From positions 1 to 63,869 of IMG/VR virus record IMGVR_UViG_3300033153_003795: DNA of 63,869 nucleotides, one strand, 5' to 3'. The position numbers were made by a program, and so were the translations under genes. A model generated the notes under the pieces. That model had not been told where the DNA came from. It saw only the letters and a program-made list of their open reading frames with translations, and did no database searches. Numbering within the stretch: position 1 is the stretch's first letter; each line of letters starts with the position of its first letter. The stretch comes from a virus. Taxonomy: Duplodnaviria; Caudoviricetes. Below are positions 27,023 through 37,416 of this stretch, piece after piece.

Positions 27023-27426
27023 TGATAGAAAATGATGTAATAGAGTTAGTCACAAAACATGATAAGCACATAGATAGTATGGCACAGTCGATAGAACACT
27101 TAGCGGGAGCTGTTGGTACTACTAATAAGAAACTAGAAGACGTTATCGAGGTGATGGGTAAACAAAACGTATTAATGGAAAAGTTCGCCAATTTAGAAGA
27201 TAACTTAAAAGAATCCTTTGGAAGAGTTCACGAGAAAATTGAGAAAATTGAGATTGTGCATTCTGGTGATGGCTGTTCAGCTTTAAAGTTAAGTAATAAA
27301 GATATTAAGTCTTTAGAAAAAAGAGTAACAAAACAAGAAAATAATACTACTTGGATAGTAAGACTGTTTGTTGGTTTTATAGTCTTAGGTTTACTAGGTT
27401 CAGGCATAACCTTTGGGATAGGATGA
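27022..27426 (+). CDS. Coiled-coil protein with C-terminal TM (lysis module)
   Basis: GTG start with AAGGA RBS; heptad repeats then a hydrophobic tail. Confidence 0.6.
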   Translation: MIENDVIELVTKHDKHIDSMAQSIEHLAGAVGTTNKKLEDVIEVMGKQNVLMEKFANLEDNLKESFGRVHEKIEKIEIVHSGDGCSALKLSNKDIKSLEKRVTKQENNTTWIVRLFVGFIVLGLLGSGITFGIG

Positions 27427-27429
27427 TAA

Positions 27430-27858
27430 ATGGTAAGTAAACACTTTAAACTGTATGAAGTATTCCCGAGAGGTTTATACAATTTACTAGTAAATATAGT
27501 ACCTGCAGAAGTGATGTGGAGGATGGTTAATCCTAAGCTAGTAGCTACTATAGACAAATTAAAAGAGAAGTTTCCGGACGGTTCTATGACCATAAATAGT
27601 TATAAGTGGAATGGCAATAGAGAGTGGAGTGGACTAAGAACTAAAGAGTCTAAATGGTATAGTCCTACTAGTAAACATTCTAGCTTTGACGCTATTGACG
27701 CCGTGTTTAGTGCATATAGTATAGACGAAGTTAGGAACTACATCTTAGAGAATCCAGAGGAGTTTCCAGAGATAGGCGCGATTGAAATAGGCGTATCATG
27801 GTTACACGCGGATGTGCGTGATAGAAGAGATGGACAAATAGCAACATTTACTGCTTAA
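27430..27858 (+). CDS. Endolysin, peptidase M15-like
   Basis: GLR...S.H....A.D...WLH.D Zn-binding motif. Confidence 0.8.
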   Translation: MVSKHFKLYEVFPRGLYNLLVNIVPAEVMWRMVNPKLVATIDKLKEKFPDGSMTINSYKWNGNREWSGLRTKESKWYSPTSKHSSFDAIDAVFSAYSIDEVRNYILENPEEFPEIGAIEIGVSWLHADVRDRRDGQIATFTA

Positions 27859-27887
27859 GGTAGTCTTAACAGACAGTGTAGTATAAT
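27855..27887 (+). promoter_or_regulatory. Promoter
   Basis: TTAAGG..TTAAC..GTATAAT (27882-27887). Confidence 0.6.
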
Positions 27888-27912
27888 ATGGCAATTAAAA
27901 TAAGGTTTATAC

Positions 27913-29871
27913 ATGGTAAACAAACAAAAATTACTACAAGCTTTCAAAGCCGACATGAAAAACGCAGAAACAATGCAAAAAGATTGGAAGGCTAAAAGAG
28001 ATGAATGGCTAAATGAATCTTACGGAAATCCTTACGGCAATGAAGTTGATGGTAAGTCTAAGATTGTTAGTAAGGACATTAAAAAGCAATTAGAGTGGTT
28101 AATCCCTAGTGCTACTGATCCATTCCTTAGTACAGCTGATGTGATCAAATGTAATCCTGTTACTTACGAAGACGTACATAGTGCTAAACAAAATGAGTTA
28201 TTACTTAATACTCAGTTCTGTAGAAAATTCCCTAGATACAATTTTATAAATAAAGGTGTAAGAGTCTTAGCTACAGAAGGTACAGTAGTTATTGAGACTG
28301 GTTGGGAATACGAAGATAAAGAAATAGAAGAAGAAGTAGAAGTTATTGCTATTGACGAAAATGGTATGGAGTACGTTTCTATTGAAACACAGACTATTAC
28401 AAAAGTTATAAAAAACCAGCCTACTGCTACTGTATGTAGAAATGAAGACATATTTATTGATCCTACTTGTATGGACGATATAGATAAATGCCAATTTGTT
28501 ATACATAGGTATGAAACAGATTTAAGTACACTTAGAGCTGATGGTAGGTATAAGAACCTAAAGACTGTAGCAAAACAGGAAATATCAGAAGATCCTGACT
28601 TTGAGTCCGAAGATGTAACAGAGTTTAGATTTGAAGATGCTGCTAGAAAGAAGATTATTATACATGAGTATTGGGGTAACTATGATATTGATGAGGATGG
28701 TCAAGTAGAACAAGTGGTATGTTCGTGGGTAGGTAATGTAATAGTAAGACTAGAAACTAACCCTTATCCAGATGGTAAACCACCATTCATTATTGTACCA
28801 TTCAACTCTATACCATTTCAATTATTTGGTGAAGCTCTTGCTGAGAATATCGGTGATAACCAGAAAGTTAAAACAGCTATTACTAGAGGTATTATAGATA
28901 ATATGGCCCGTAGTAATAATGGGCAACTAGGTATTAGACGTGGTGCTTTAAATGGTGATAATAGAAAGAAATTCTTAGCAGGTAAAAACTTCGAGTTTAA
29001 TAATACTGCGTCAGACTTTTGGCAAGGTAACTATAACCAAATACCAGGTAGTGTATTCGATATGTTATCGTTACAGAACAGTGAAATAGAAAGTCAAACT
29101 GGTGTTAAGAGTTTTAGTGGGGGCATAACAGGTAATTCATTAGGTAATACTGCTACAGCAGCTAGAGGAGTTATGGACGCCACTGCTATGAGAAGACTAC
29201 ACCTAGTTAGAAACTTATCAGAGAACTTGATGAAACCTTTAATGAGAAAATGGATGTCTTATAACGCTGAGTTCTTAGAAGAAGAAGAGATTGTTCGTAT
29301 TACTAATGACAACTACGTACCTATTAGAAAAGACGACTTAGATGGTAGAATAGATATTGAAATTAGTATATCGACGTTCGAGGATAACTCAGCCAAAGCT
29401 GAACAACTATCGTTTATGTTACAGACTTTAGGTAATACACTAGACCCAGAAATCACTAAGATACTATTAAGTGACATAGCTAGACTACAAAGAATGCCTG
29501 AGATTGAGAAGAAGATACAAGAGTATGAGCCACAGCCAGATCCTATGCAAGAACAAATCAAACAGTTGGAGTTAATAAAACTTCAAAAAGAGATTGAAAA
29601 AATGGATGCTGATATAGCAGATAAGTACGCTAGAGCAGGTGAGAATGAAGTTGACAGAGTTCTTAAAGAACAGAAAGCTATAGTAGAAGCAGCTAAGGCT
29701 AGAAAGCTACACAGTGACGCTGATAAAATAGATTTAGACTTTGTTCGTTCTGATGAGCAAGTTAACCATAAAGAAAAAATGGAGATGGAAGACTTTAAAC
29801 GTATAACTAATCTAGAACAAATGATGGTACAAGCTAGGCAAGGCGATAAAGCTATAGGTGTGAGACAATGA
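27913..29871 (+). CDS. Portal protein (N4 gp59-like)
   Basis: KQLEW; IDPTC; EYWG.YDI; ESQTGVKSFSGGITG; C-terminal coiled coil. Confidence 0.92.
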   Translation: MVNKQKLLQAFKADMKNAETMQKDWKAKRDEWLNESYGNPYGNEVDGKSKIVSKDIKKQLEWLIPSATDPFLSTADVIKCNPVTYEDVHSAKQNELLLNTQFCRKFPRYNFINKGVRVLATEGTVVIETGWEYEDKEIEEEVEVIAIDENGMEYVSIETQTITKVIKNQPTATVCRNEDIFIDPTCMDDIDKCQFVIHRYETDLSTLRADGRYKNLKTVAKQEISEDPDFESEDVTEFRFEDAARKKIIIHEYWGNYDIDEDGQVEQVVCSWVGNVIVRLETNPYPDGKPPFIIVPFNSIPFQLFGEALAENIGDNQKVKTAITRGIIDNMARSNNGQLGIRRGALNGDNRKKFLAGKNFEFNNTASDFWQGNYNQIPGSVFDMLSLQNSEIESQTGVKSFSGGITGNSLGNTATAARGVMDATAMRRLHLVRNLSENLMKPLMRKWMSYNAEFLEEEEIVRITNDNYVPIRKDDLDGRIDIEISISTFEDNSAKAEQLSFMLQTLGNTLDPEITKILLSDIARLQRMPEIEKKIQEYEPQPDPMQEQIKQLELIKLQKEIEKMDADIADKYARAGENEVDRVLKEQKAIVEAAKARKLHSDADKIDLDFVRSDEQVNHKEKMEMEDFKRITNLEQMMVQARQGDKAIGVRQ

Positions 29872-30746
29872 AACAATGGTTAATATATAAGCATACTAGT
29901 ACTAAGTCTGGTAAATCTTATATAGGGATGACATGTGTTGGAGTAAAAAGAAGATGGGTGCAACACACTAGTGAGGCTAGAGGTGGCTCAAATAAACATT
30001 TTCATAGGGCAATAAAACTCTACGGCGAAGAAGAATGGGAGCATACAGTACTTGTAGACAATATAAGCGCCTTAGAAGAAGCACAAGCGTTAGAAAGGTT
30101 TTATATTGAAGAACAAGACACTCTCAGAAATGGGTATAACTTAACAGAGGGTGGAGAATGTAGGACAACTGAAGGTCCTGTAAAGTACAAAAGTGTATAT
30201 AAATGGGTACATACTGACTATGGACTAGAAGAATGTACGGCATGGGACTTAGCTAAGAAGTACAACTTACATCTCACTCAACTTACTAAAATAGTACAAG
30301 ACGACAAGGCAGCGAAAGTTTGTCAAGGTTGGCAGTTGTATGTAGAAGGTTCAGAAGTTGTCGCCGAATACTCAGAAACTCCTATTACAATATACCATAA
30401 AGACGGACGAGAAGATTATGTGACTCCGTCAGAGATGGTTACTAGGTACAACATACCACGACCACAAATACTAAAACTGTTTAGAGGTCATAGTAAAAAG
30501 GTTCATGGGTGGAGTACGGTAAAGCACATAGTAAATTATAAATCCTATAAGCAAGTGTACGAGTACGATACGGACTACACACTACTAAACACTTATGAAA
30601 GCTCGTTTGATTGCGCTAGATGTTTAGGAGTTAAAGAGAAGCGGGTAAGCGGCTGGCTTGCACCAAATAAAAATAGGACTGAGTACGTATATGAAAACAG
30701 AGTATACTCGTATGTATTAATCGAAAAGGAAATTACATGTCAATAA
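29868..30746 (+). CDS. GIY-YIG homing endonuclease
   Basis: IYKHT..SGKSYIG.T...RW..H...FHRAI..YG...E..YI...NGYNLT.GG. Confidence 0.85.
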   Translation: MKQWLIYKHTSTKSGKSYIGMTCVGVKRRWVQHTSEARGGSNKHFHRAIKLYGEEEWEHTVLVDNISALEEAQALERFYIEEQDTLRNGYNLTEGGECRTTEGPVKYKSVYKWVHTDYGLEECTAWDLAKKYNLHLTQLTKIVQDDKAAKVCQGWQLYVEGSEVVAEYSETPITIYHKDGREDYVTPSEMVTRYNIPRPQILKLFRGHSKKVHGWSTVKHIVNYKSYKQVYEYDTDYTLLNTYESSFDCARCLGVKEKRVSGWLAPNKNRTEYVYENRVYSYVLIEKEITCQ

Positions 30747-31051
30747 TTGAACAAGCAAACCAGAGAGCAGTAGAAAAACAGAAAGCGCAGGCTTATGACA
30801 ATATGCAAAGAGCTTCTTATGAAGAAGGACTAGCTAGGGATGCGTATAGCCAAGGTGCAGTGGATAAGACAGCAGAGCTAGACGCATTGATGAATACTTA
30901 TATACCACAAATGTATGATCCTAGAGAGTTTAATATTGGAGATAGACCGACTCCCCCTATGGAGGCTATAGACTACGCGATAGCTAGTGATAACCCGATA
31001 CTACCTAGTCCTGGTACAGGCGAAGCTGGATTAGCAAGTAGGAGCAGATAA
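30737..31051 (+). CDS. Hypothetical virion-region protein
   Basis: 104 aa; AAGGA RBS; GLA motifs. Confidence 0.6.
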   Translation: MSIIEQANQRAVEKQKAQAYDNMQRASYEEGLARDAYSQGAVDKTAELDALMNTYIPQMYDPREFNIGDRPTPPMEAIDYAIASDNPILPSPGTGEAGLASRSR

Positions 31052-31275
31052 TGGACGAATTAGGACTAGCTCAAGCAGGCATAGGGCAACAAACAGAGCC
31101 GATGAGAGATATAAACCAAATAGTAGCAATGCTACTGCAAGGCGTAAGTCCTGACCAATTAATTGCTCAAGGACTACCTCAAGAATTGGTAATGGAAGCT
31201 ATGCGTATTGTACAACAGCAAACTACTGAAGTGCCGGCAGAACAAGCTGGACTAGCTGGAATGGTAACGCAATAA
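31051..31275 (+). CDS. Hypothetical virion-region protein
   Basis: 74 aa; L.QG..P..L..QG.P motif. Confidence 0.6.
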   Translation: MDELGLAQAGIGQQTEPMRDINQIVAMLLQGVSPDQLIAQGLPQELVMEAMRIVQQQTTEVPAEQAGLAGMVTQ

Positions 31276-31433
31276 TGTCAAGAGAGACTATACTACCGCC
31301 AGAAGAAGTAGTTGTAGATAAACCTGGTACTAAGACTACTGTAAGTACTAGTCATGGTATGTACGGTAGTGGTGAAGGTAATACTAATAAACATCATTAT
31401 GCAGGTATTCATACTCCAAAAGGTAAGAAGTAG
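31275..31433 (+). CDS. Small hypothetical protein (not in the ORF track)
   Basis: 52 aa MSRETILPPEE...HTPKGKK; TAATG-coupled. Confidence 0.45.
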   Translation: MSRETILPPEEVVVDKPGTKTTVSTSHGMYGSGEGNTNKHHYAGIHTPKGKK

Positions 31434-31449
31434 CGTAAATAAGGGCTAA

Positions 31450-31481
31450 TAAGGATTTCTTAAGAATTACTTTAGTATAAT
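31450..31481 (+). promoter_or_regulatory. Promoter of the capsid operon
   Basis: TAAGG..TTAAG..AGTATAAT (31476-31481). Confidence 0.65.
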
Positions 31482-31558
31482 ACGAGTATAGATAAGAGTG
31501 GACCAAAGCTGATGTCTTAAAAAGCCGTAACAAATCAACAATATGAAGGAACTCAAAG

Positions 31559-31891
31559 ATGAGCACACCTAAAGACATAACTGATTTTTCAGTAAACACA
31601 GATATAGAAGCAGAAGCGAATATAGAAAACCAGTATTGGGTTACTATGCGAGATGCACTAGAGAGATTGGAAAGTAACAAAGATTTCCAAAAAGTTGTAC
31701 TTGATGGGTACTTTAAAGATTTTGCTATTAACCAAACTAGTTTACTAGCTATGGACTATATCAGAAGAGAAGGTACAAGACCAGAAGTAATGGAAAGACT
31801 TGTTGCTATCTCTAATTTACAAGACTTTTTTATGACAATTAGCCAACTAGGCTCTACTGCTGAAGACGATGAAGCAGAAGACGAAGGATAA
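31559..31891 (+). CDS. N4 gp58-like protein
   Basis: AL.RL..N.DF.KV..DGYF motif; synteny. Confidence 0.75.
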   Translation: MSTPKDITDFSVNTDIEAEANIENQYWVTMRDALERLESNKDFQKVVLDGYFKDFAINQTSLLAMDYIRREGTRPEVMERLVAISNLQDFFMTISQLGSTAEDDEAEDEG

Positions 31892-31894
31892 CAG

Positions 31895-33127
31895 ATGGCT
31901 GATGATATAACTAGAGAAGAAGAAGCTCTACACAATATGTCAGATGAAGACCTTGAGGCTGCTTATTTAGCGGCTAAAGAGGAAGATTATTCTGATGAAG
32001 AGGATGCTGACGATGGTACAATCGAGGCAGAGCCGGAAGAAGCGGAGGATTCAGAGATTGTCGAAGACGATGCTGATGAAACTGAAGATATCGAAGAAGA
32101 TGAGATTAGTGAAGACTTGGAACAACCTGGAGAGGATTCCGATGATGATACTAGTTCAGATGAAGAAGATGAGGATGAGTCTGATGAAGATTCTGAGGAT
32201 GAAGATGGGGAACCTGACGAGGAACTTGACGCAGACGAAGAAAAACCTGAAGAAGACAAAGACGAGTTAGAAGCAGAAGAACAGCCAATACAGAAACAAA
32301 AGTTTAAAGCCAATGGGCGTGAGTACGAGTTTACAGACGATGAAATGAGAACACAGTTCCCTAAAATCTTCGGACAAGCTATGGACTACACTAGAAAGAT
32401 GCAAGCAATAAAGCCTCATAGAAAAACTATAGATGCAATAGAGCAAGCTAAACTTTCCCATGATGACGTTAACTTGATGATAGACGTGTTGAAGGGCGAC
32501 AAAGATGCTATTTCAGAAGTAATGAAACGAACAGGCGTAGATGCAATCGATTTAGAAACGGAAGATAGTAATTATGTAGCTAAGGATTATGGTCGGGACG
32601 ATACAGCTCTTGCGATCAAAGATGTGATAGACGATATTAGTGCTGATAAAGAATACGGTACTACTGAAAACATATTAAGCAAACAGTGGGATGATAAGTC
32701 ATGGGACAGAGTTTCTAAAGACCCAGAACTTATTAGATTACTACATGTTGATGTAAAAAGTGGTATGTATGATAAAGTACAACCGATAGCAGAGAAGTTG
32801 AAAGTATATGGCAGAGGCGCCAAAAGTGACCTCGAATACTACGAAGAAGCTGCCGGTGTCTATTTTCAAGAAGAAGCGCAAGAGAAAGCTAGACTCGATG
32901 CAGTAGAAACCGCTAAAGTAGAAGCGGAAACTAAAGCAGCCGATAAGGATCGATTGGAACAAGTGCGCAAAAAGCAGGAAAAACAGGTAACTGTAAAGAA
33001 GACTGCGAAAGGGCGTAAAGCCGCTGCACCTTCGAAGAAGGCTGCAGGGACAAAAACAAATACTGATTTCTTAGATGACTCTGATGAGGCGTTTGAAGAT
33101 TGGTATAAGAAGCTACAGGATGCGTAA
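31895..33127 (+). CDS. N4 gp57-like scaffold/tape-measure protein
   Basis: Very acidic N-terminus; FKANG...DYT.KMQ.IKP; C-terminal SDE.FE. Confidence 0.8.
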   Translation: MADDITREEEALHNMSDEDLEAAYLAAKEEDYSDEEDADDGTIEAEPEEAEDSEIVEDDADETEDIEEDEISEDLEQPGEDSDDDTSSDEEDEDESDEDSEDEDGEPDEELDADEEKPEEDKDELEAEEQPIQKQKFKANGREYEFTDDEMRTQFPKIFGQAMDYTRKMQAIKPHRKTIDAIEQAKLSHDDVNLMIDVLKGDKDAISEVMKRTGVDAIDLETEDSNYVAKDYGRDDTALAIKDVIDDISADKEYGTTENILSKQWDDKSWDRVSKDPELIRLLHVDVKSGMYDKVQPIAEKLKVYGRGAKSDLEYYEEAAGVYFQEEAQEKARLDAVETAKVEAETKAADKDRLEQVRKKQEKQVTVKKTAKGRKAAAPSKKAAGTKTNTDFLDDSDEAFEDWYKKLQDA

Positions 33128-33167
33128 TAGCTCTGTAGCGTAAGTTGTTAAAAAAGGAAATATAGTT

Positions 33168-34505
33168 ATGGCAACAAATGTTTATGGTAATGGTTCGAAT
33201 AGTACTGCTGGTGCTAACACGATTGTACATTTTTATGATAGAGCGGGTATTAAAGCTGCGAATAGAATGAATGTATACGGTCAGTTTGCAGATAGTAAGA
33301 CTATGCCAAGAAAAATGGGTAAAACGTTTAAGATCTCTAAGTTCTTACACATGTATGACAGAGCGTTAAACGATGGTGAGTTTAGTTCAAAAGGTTATTT
33401 AACAGCTAGATCAGCTGCTGATGTATCTGCTGCTCTTACAGCTGCAACACTTTCAGAAGGTGCTGGTGCGGTTAATAAGAAAAGTATCTCTAAAGTTACA
33501 GTAGAAGCAACTCTTGCTCGTTATGGTGAGATGATTGATTATACTGATGAAGTAGAGTTATTCTCTGAAGATACTATTCAAACTAGATATCGTGAAGAGC
33601 TAGGTGAGTTAGCTAACTCTCGTTCAGAAGATTTAGTACAGTTAGATATGTTAGGTACTGGTACAGTAACATATTCTGGTGCAGCTGCTTCAATGAAGGG
33701 TATTACAACTAAAGCTTCTTATGATTTAATCAGAAAAGCTGAGAGAAAACTAGTACGTAACCGTGCTAAGAAAAACACTTCTCTAGTAACTGGTTCAACT
33801 AAGATTGATACTAAGACTATAGCTAAATCGTTTTATGCTGTAGTAGGTGCGGATGTTAAATCTGACTTAGAGAACTTGACTCGTGGTTCTACATATGAGA
33901 CTGAGTATGTATATGTTCCATCTCACAAATACGGAGCTGCTGCGAGTTTAGCAGAAGGCGAAGTTGGTAGAATGCACGAAACTACGTTCATTGAAGCAGA
34001 AGGTGCGGTAGTTTATCGTGGTACTGGTGCTGGTGTAATTAGTTCAGCTCAAGAAGCGGCAGCAACAACTATCGTAACTACAGCGGCTGAAAATACTGCT
34101 AGTGCTCAAGCGACTACTTATGCTACAGGTGCTGATAATTCAGCGGATAGATTCAATGAAATCTTAGCAGCTCGTGGTTCTGTTGTATACGTTGATGCGT
34201 CTGATTCTAGTAACATTAAAGACACAGCGACAATCGGTGATACTGATATCGGTGGTGCGGCAGCGGATGTACTGATTAACAGTTACTTCGATGTATTCCC
34301 TATTCTTTACCCAACTCAAGGTTCGTTCGCGACTGTTGGTCTAAAAGGTATGGGTAAAATCAAGTTTAACTCTAAGTCTCCAGCGCAAGTTGAGAATAGT
34401 AATCCTTATGGAACTACTGGTTTCTTCAGTTACAACTTCTTCTATGCAGGGTTAATTCTTGAAGAAGAAAAACTAGTTAAAGTACTAGTAGCGGCGTCTG
34501 AGTAA
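33168..34505 (+). CDS. Major capsid protein (N4 gp56-like)
   Basis: GQFAD...MP..MGK; L.EG.G.VN; TGSTKIDTKTI; Y......GE.G; PYG..GF.S. Confidence 0.92.
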   Translation: MATNVYGNGSNSTAGANTIVHFYDRAGIKAANRMNVYGQFADSKTMPRKMGKTFKISKFLHMYDRALNDGEFSSKGYLTARSAADVSAALTAATLSEGAGAVNKKSISKVTVEATLARYGEMIDYTDEVELFSEDTIQTRYREELGELANSRSEDLVQLDMLGTGTVTYSGAAASMKGITTKASYDLIRKAERKLVRNRAKKNTSLVTGSTKIDTKTIAKSFYAVVGADVKSDLENLTRGSTYETEYVYVPSHKYGAAASLAEGEVGRMHETTFIEAEGAVVYRGTGAGVISSAQEAAATTIVTTAAENTASAQATTYATGADNSADRFNEILAARGSVVYVDASDSSNIKDTATIGDTDIGGAAADVLINSYFDVFPILYPTQGSFATVGLKGMGKIKFNSKSPAQVENSNPYGTTGFFSYNFFYAGLILEEEKLVKVLVAASE

Positions 34506-34516
34506 TCAGATTAATA

Positions 34517-34534
34517 GAGAGGGGTGACCCTCTC
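34517..34534 (+). terminator. Hairpin after the capsid gene
   Basis: GAGAGGG-GTGA-CCCTCTC; no U-tract. Confidence 0.45.
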
Positions 34535-34568
34535 ATACAACTAAAAAACCAATAAAGGAATTAGTAAA

Positions 34569-35066
34569 ATGGCAGCATCAACTGAAGTAAAACAAGAAGC
34601 AAAAGAATTAGGAATTGCGTTTAGTCCTAATATTAGTGAAGTTAAGTTAAAAGACAAAATTGAAGCATACTATGCGAGTAAAGAAGAACCTATTGAGGCT
34701 GTAGTCGAAGTAGAGCCTGAAGAAGTGGATACTGCAAAAAAAGCAGTTAGTGCGACTAAGGGTAAAAAGAGAACTCTTCAAGATATTATCAAGCAATCAA
34801 AAGCAGAAGCTAGTACAGTACATATCGTTACAATTATTGATAATGATCAAAGAATCAATAACCAAACAACTACTTGTACAGTAAATTGTTCAAATGAGCA
34901 TTTTGATTTAGGTACTAGAGTTATTCCGTTGAATGAAAGAATTGAAGTGGAGCAAGGGTTTATTGATACGTTGAGAGAAGTTAGAATACCGCAACATACA
35001 AAAGACCCTAAAACAGGTCTTAGTAGAACGGTAATGCGTCCGAGATATACTGTCTCAATAGGTTAG
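34569..35066 (+). CDS. N4 gp55-like protein
   Basis: K.EA..LGI.FSPNI...KLK.KI motif; synteny. Confidence 0.75.
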   Translation: MAASTEVKQEAKELGIAFSPNISEVKLKDKIEAYYASKEEPIEAVVEVEPEEVDTAKKAVSATKGKKRTLQDIIKQSKAEASTVHIVTIIDNDQRINNQTTTCTVNCSNEHFDLGTRVIPLNERIEVEQGFIDTLREVRIPQHTKDPKTGLSRTVMRPRYTVSIG

Positions 35067-35117
35067 TTATATAGAGGTCTCTTAGGAGGCTTCTAGTATA
35101 AATATAAAAGGAGCAGT

Positions 35118-36170
35118 ATGCCTAGTATACTTAGAAATAGTAGAGCAAAGGCTGCTCTAGCTTTAGCTAATAACTACGTTACGTTAGGAGCTGAGCACGA
35201 AACAGACACAGCTAACCCTCACGTCGTTACCAAAACTCAAATTGGTCTAGGTAATGTAGACAATACAACTGATGCAAATAAACCAGTTAGTACTGCACAG
35301 CAAACCGCACTAGACTTAAAAGCTAACATAGCTTCTCCTACATTTACGGGCACTGTTAGCGGTATAGACAAAACAATGGTAGGTTTAGGGAATGTTGATA
35401 ATACTTCCGACTTAGATAAACCTGTTAGTACAGCAACAACAACAGCGATAGGTAACGCAATTGACGCTACTGATATACAAGATGTGTACGAAAATTCAAC
35501 AACACCAGAAATACAAACAGATGCTACTAGAGGAGCATTTACTGTACAAGAAAACACAGCAGATGATACTGCTAATGTATATGAGGGTAAAAACAATACT
35601 GGAACGACTACATTCTCTGTTAATGGTAGAGGAGAGGTTGAATTTAGCGCAGGATGGAATGACTTAGTTTCATATGTTTCAACAGCTAAACTACCACCAT
35701 CTTCAGCCCCAACTTGGGCAAACTTTGCACCATCTGCGGGAAGACAAGAAGCTTCTTTTGCTATAGGTGACTATGTATGGTTATCACCGTATCACATACA
35801 GCACGATATAGACCCTAGTGCTGCAGCACATTTACATGTTCATTGGTCTACTGACGGTACTGATACTAACGATATTAAATGGGAATTAAAGTATATTAGA
35901 GCTAAAGGTCATGGTCAAGCTGCTTTCCCTACAGAGACGACGATAAATATAGTTGGTACACCGAACGGTACTGCATGGACTCATTATGTTCACGAGAGTA
36001 CAACTGACTTAGTACTAACTGAACCAGACGAACTTATACTAGTTACGTTAAAACGTGTAACAAACGGTGGTGTAGAGAATACAGATGCAGTATTTGGATT
36101 AATGGTTGATATACACTATGAAGTAACAAGAACAGCTACTCCAAATAAAGCACCAAACTTTTATACATAA
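35118..36170 (+). CDS. Virion fibre/decoration protein
   Basis: NPH.VTK.QIGLGNVDNT.D..KPVSTA repeat (twice) plus a C-terminal jelly-roll-like domain. Confidence 0.7.
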   Translation: MPSILRNSRAKAALALANNYVTLGAEHETDTANPHVVTKTQIGLGNVDNTTDANKPVSTAQQTALDLKANIASPTFTGTVSGIDKTMVGLGNVDNTSDLDKPVSTATTTAIGNAIDATDIQDVYENSTTPEIQTDATRGAFTVQENTADDTANVYEGKNNTGTTTFSVNGRGEVEFSAGWNDLVSYVSTAKLPPSSAPTWANFAPSAGRQEASFAIGDYVWLSPYHIQHDIDPSAAAHLHVHWSTDGTDTNDIKWELKYIRAKGHGQAAFPTETTINIVGTPNGTAWTHYVHESTTDLVLTEPDELILVTLKRVTNGGVENTDAVFGLMVDIHYEVTRTATPNKAPNFYT

Positions 36171-36210
36171 TATGGTATAATAAACAAAAAATAGTTAAGG
36201 ATAATACAAT

Positions 36211-36990
36211 ATGGGAATAATGAGCACAACAACTGGAATACAGACCATAGTAACTAAGGTTGAATACAATGATGGTACAATCGATACTTCAGAAACGAGG
36301 GCTGCGGTAGTTGATCCTACTGGGTATAGTGAAGTAGAAACACAGGAACGTATAGATGCTACTGCGACAGACGTAACTACAACTACTAGTGACTACAGTG
36401 ACGGTGATTATATACTAGACTCTTCTACTGACTTGTTTTACGAGTGTATAGCAGACTCTACGACTGGAGCGCTCCTAACTAACGCTACGTACTTCACAGA
36501 AATAGACGCTAGATTGGATGGTAGTATAACTACGACAACTACAATAACTGCACCAGCATCTATAGTAGATACTGTTGAAATAGATAGAGTATTTGAAGCG
36601 TTTATGGCTACAGAAAAAGATACACTAGATATATATTTTGAGGCGTCTGAAGTACCATCAGAGCTATACTCGAAAGTACTTGCATCAGCTATATCAACTA
36701 CTATGCAGTTAGCAGTGCAGACAGTACAACAACAACCGATACTAGATGGACAAGTAGCTAAGACTGAAGCTGATACAGGATTTGTAGGTACGCAAGAATT
36801 AGAACTTGGTAACTCAGTAATTTACAATAACAAGATTAAAGCACTAGATGCATACTCAGATGCTATTGGTACAATGGGTGCTGGTAGTTTAGTGATTAGT
36901 GAAGATATGTGGACTAAATACTTTAATATGGTACAAGAACTTAATGATGCTGGAACAATACCTGCCGGTACAACTATTACTAAACTGTAA
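36211..36990 (+). CDS. Virion structural protein (gp54 position)
   Basis: Promoter at 36176; Thr-rich N-terminus, helical C-terminus. Confidence 0.6.
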   Translation: MGIMSTTTGIQTIVTKVEYNDGTIDTSETRAAVVDPTGYSEVETQERIDATATDVTTTTSDYSDGDYILDSSTDLFYECIADSTTGALLTNATYFTEIDARLDGSITTTTTITAPASIVDTVEIDRVFEAFMATEKDTLDIYFEASEVPSELYSKVLASAISTTMQLAVQTVQQQPILDGQVAKTEADTGFVGTQELELGNSVIYNNKIKALDAYSDAIGTMGAGSLVISEDMWTKYFNMVQELNDAGTIPAGTTITKL

Positions 36991-37003
36991 AAGGTGTAGT
37001 AGT

Positions 37004-37414
37004 ATGAGCACAGAGGTAAGGTTATTAGATAATGAAAAGGAGTTAGTACATATGTATAACTTCTTTAAAGGATTGCCTAATAACGAGCTATTTACTATTA
37101 CCTTAGAAGAGTACAAATTCTATGCTAAGATGGGTGAACAATGGGGTATATTCAGCTCTAAAGGTAAATTAATAGGAGGACTATTTATGTATGAAATACC
37201 GACACAGATAAATATCTTAAACCTATATATACCTGAAAAGTACAGAAATAAAACAGGCAGTGTTCCTATAAAAGTGCTAAAAGCTATAGTAACCTATGCA
37301 AACAGAAAGCCCGGGAAAAACATGTACGTAACAACGAAACACCCAGAAGAGTTTACAAGGTATATCAAACATGTTAGGGATGATATATATAAAGTACTAC
37401 TGGTAGGAAGCTAG
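37004..37414 (+). CDS. GNAT-fold-like protein
   Basis: LYIPEKYRNK resembles GNAT motif A; start at ATG 37004 after AAAGG. Confidence 0.4.
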   Translation: MSTEVRLLDNEKELVHMYNFFKGLPNNELFTITLEEYKFYAKMGEQWGIFSSKGKLIGGLFMYEIPTQINILNLYIPEKYRNKTGSVPIKVLKAIVTYANRKPGKNMYVTTKHPEEFTRYIKHVRDDIYKVLLVGS

Positions 37415-37416
37415 TT

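Noticed and set aside
29868-30746. Intron-encoded status of the GIY-YIG genes (also 7096 and 22173)
   Set aside because: Flanking genes are complete and translationally coupled; no space for ribozyme cores
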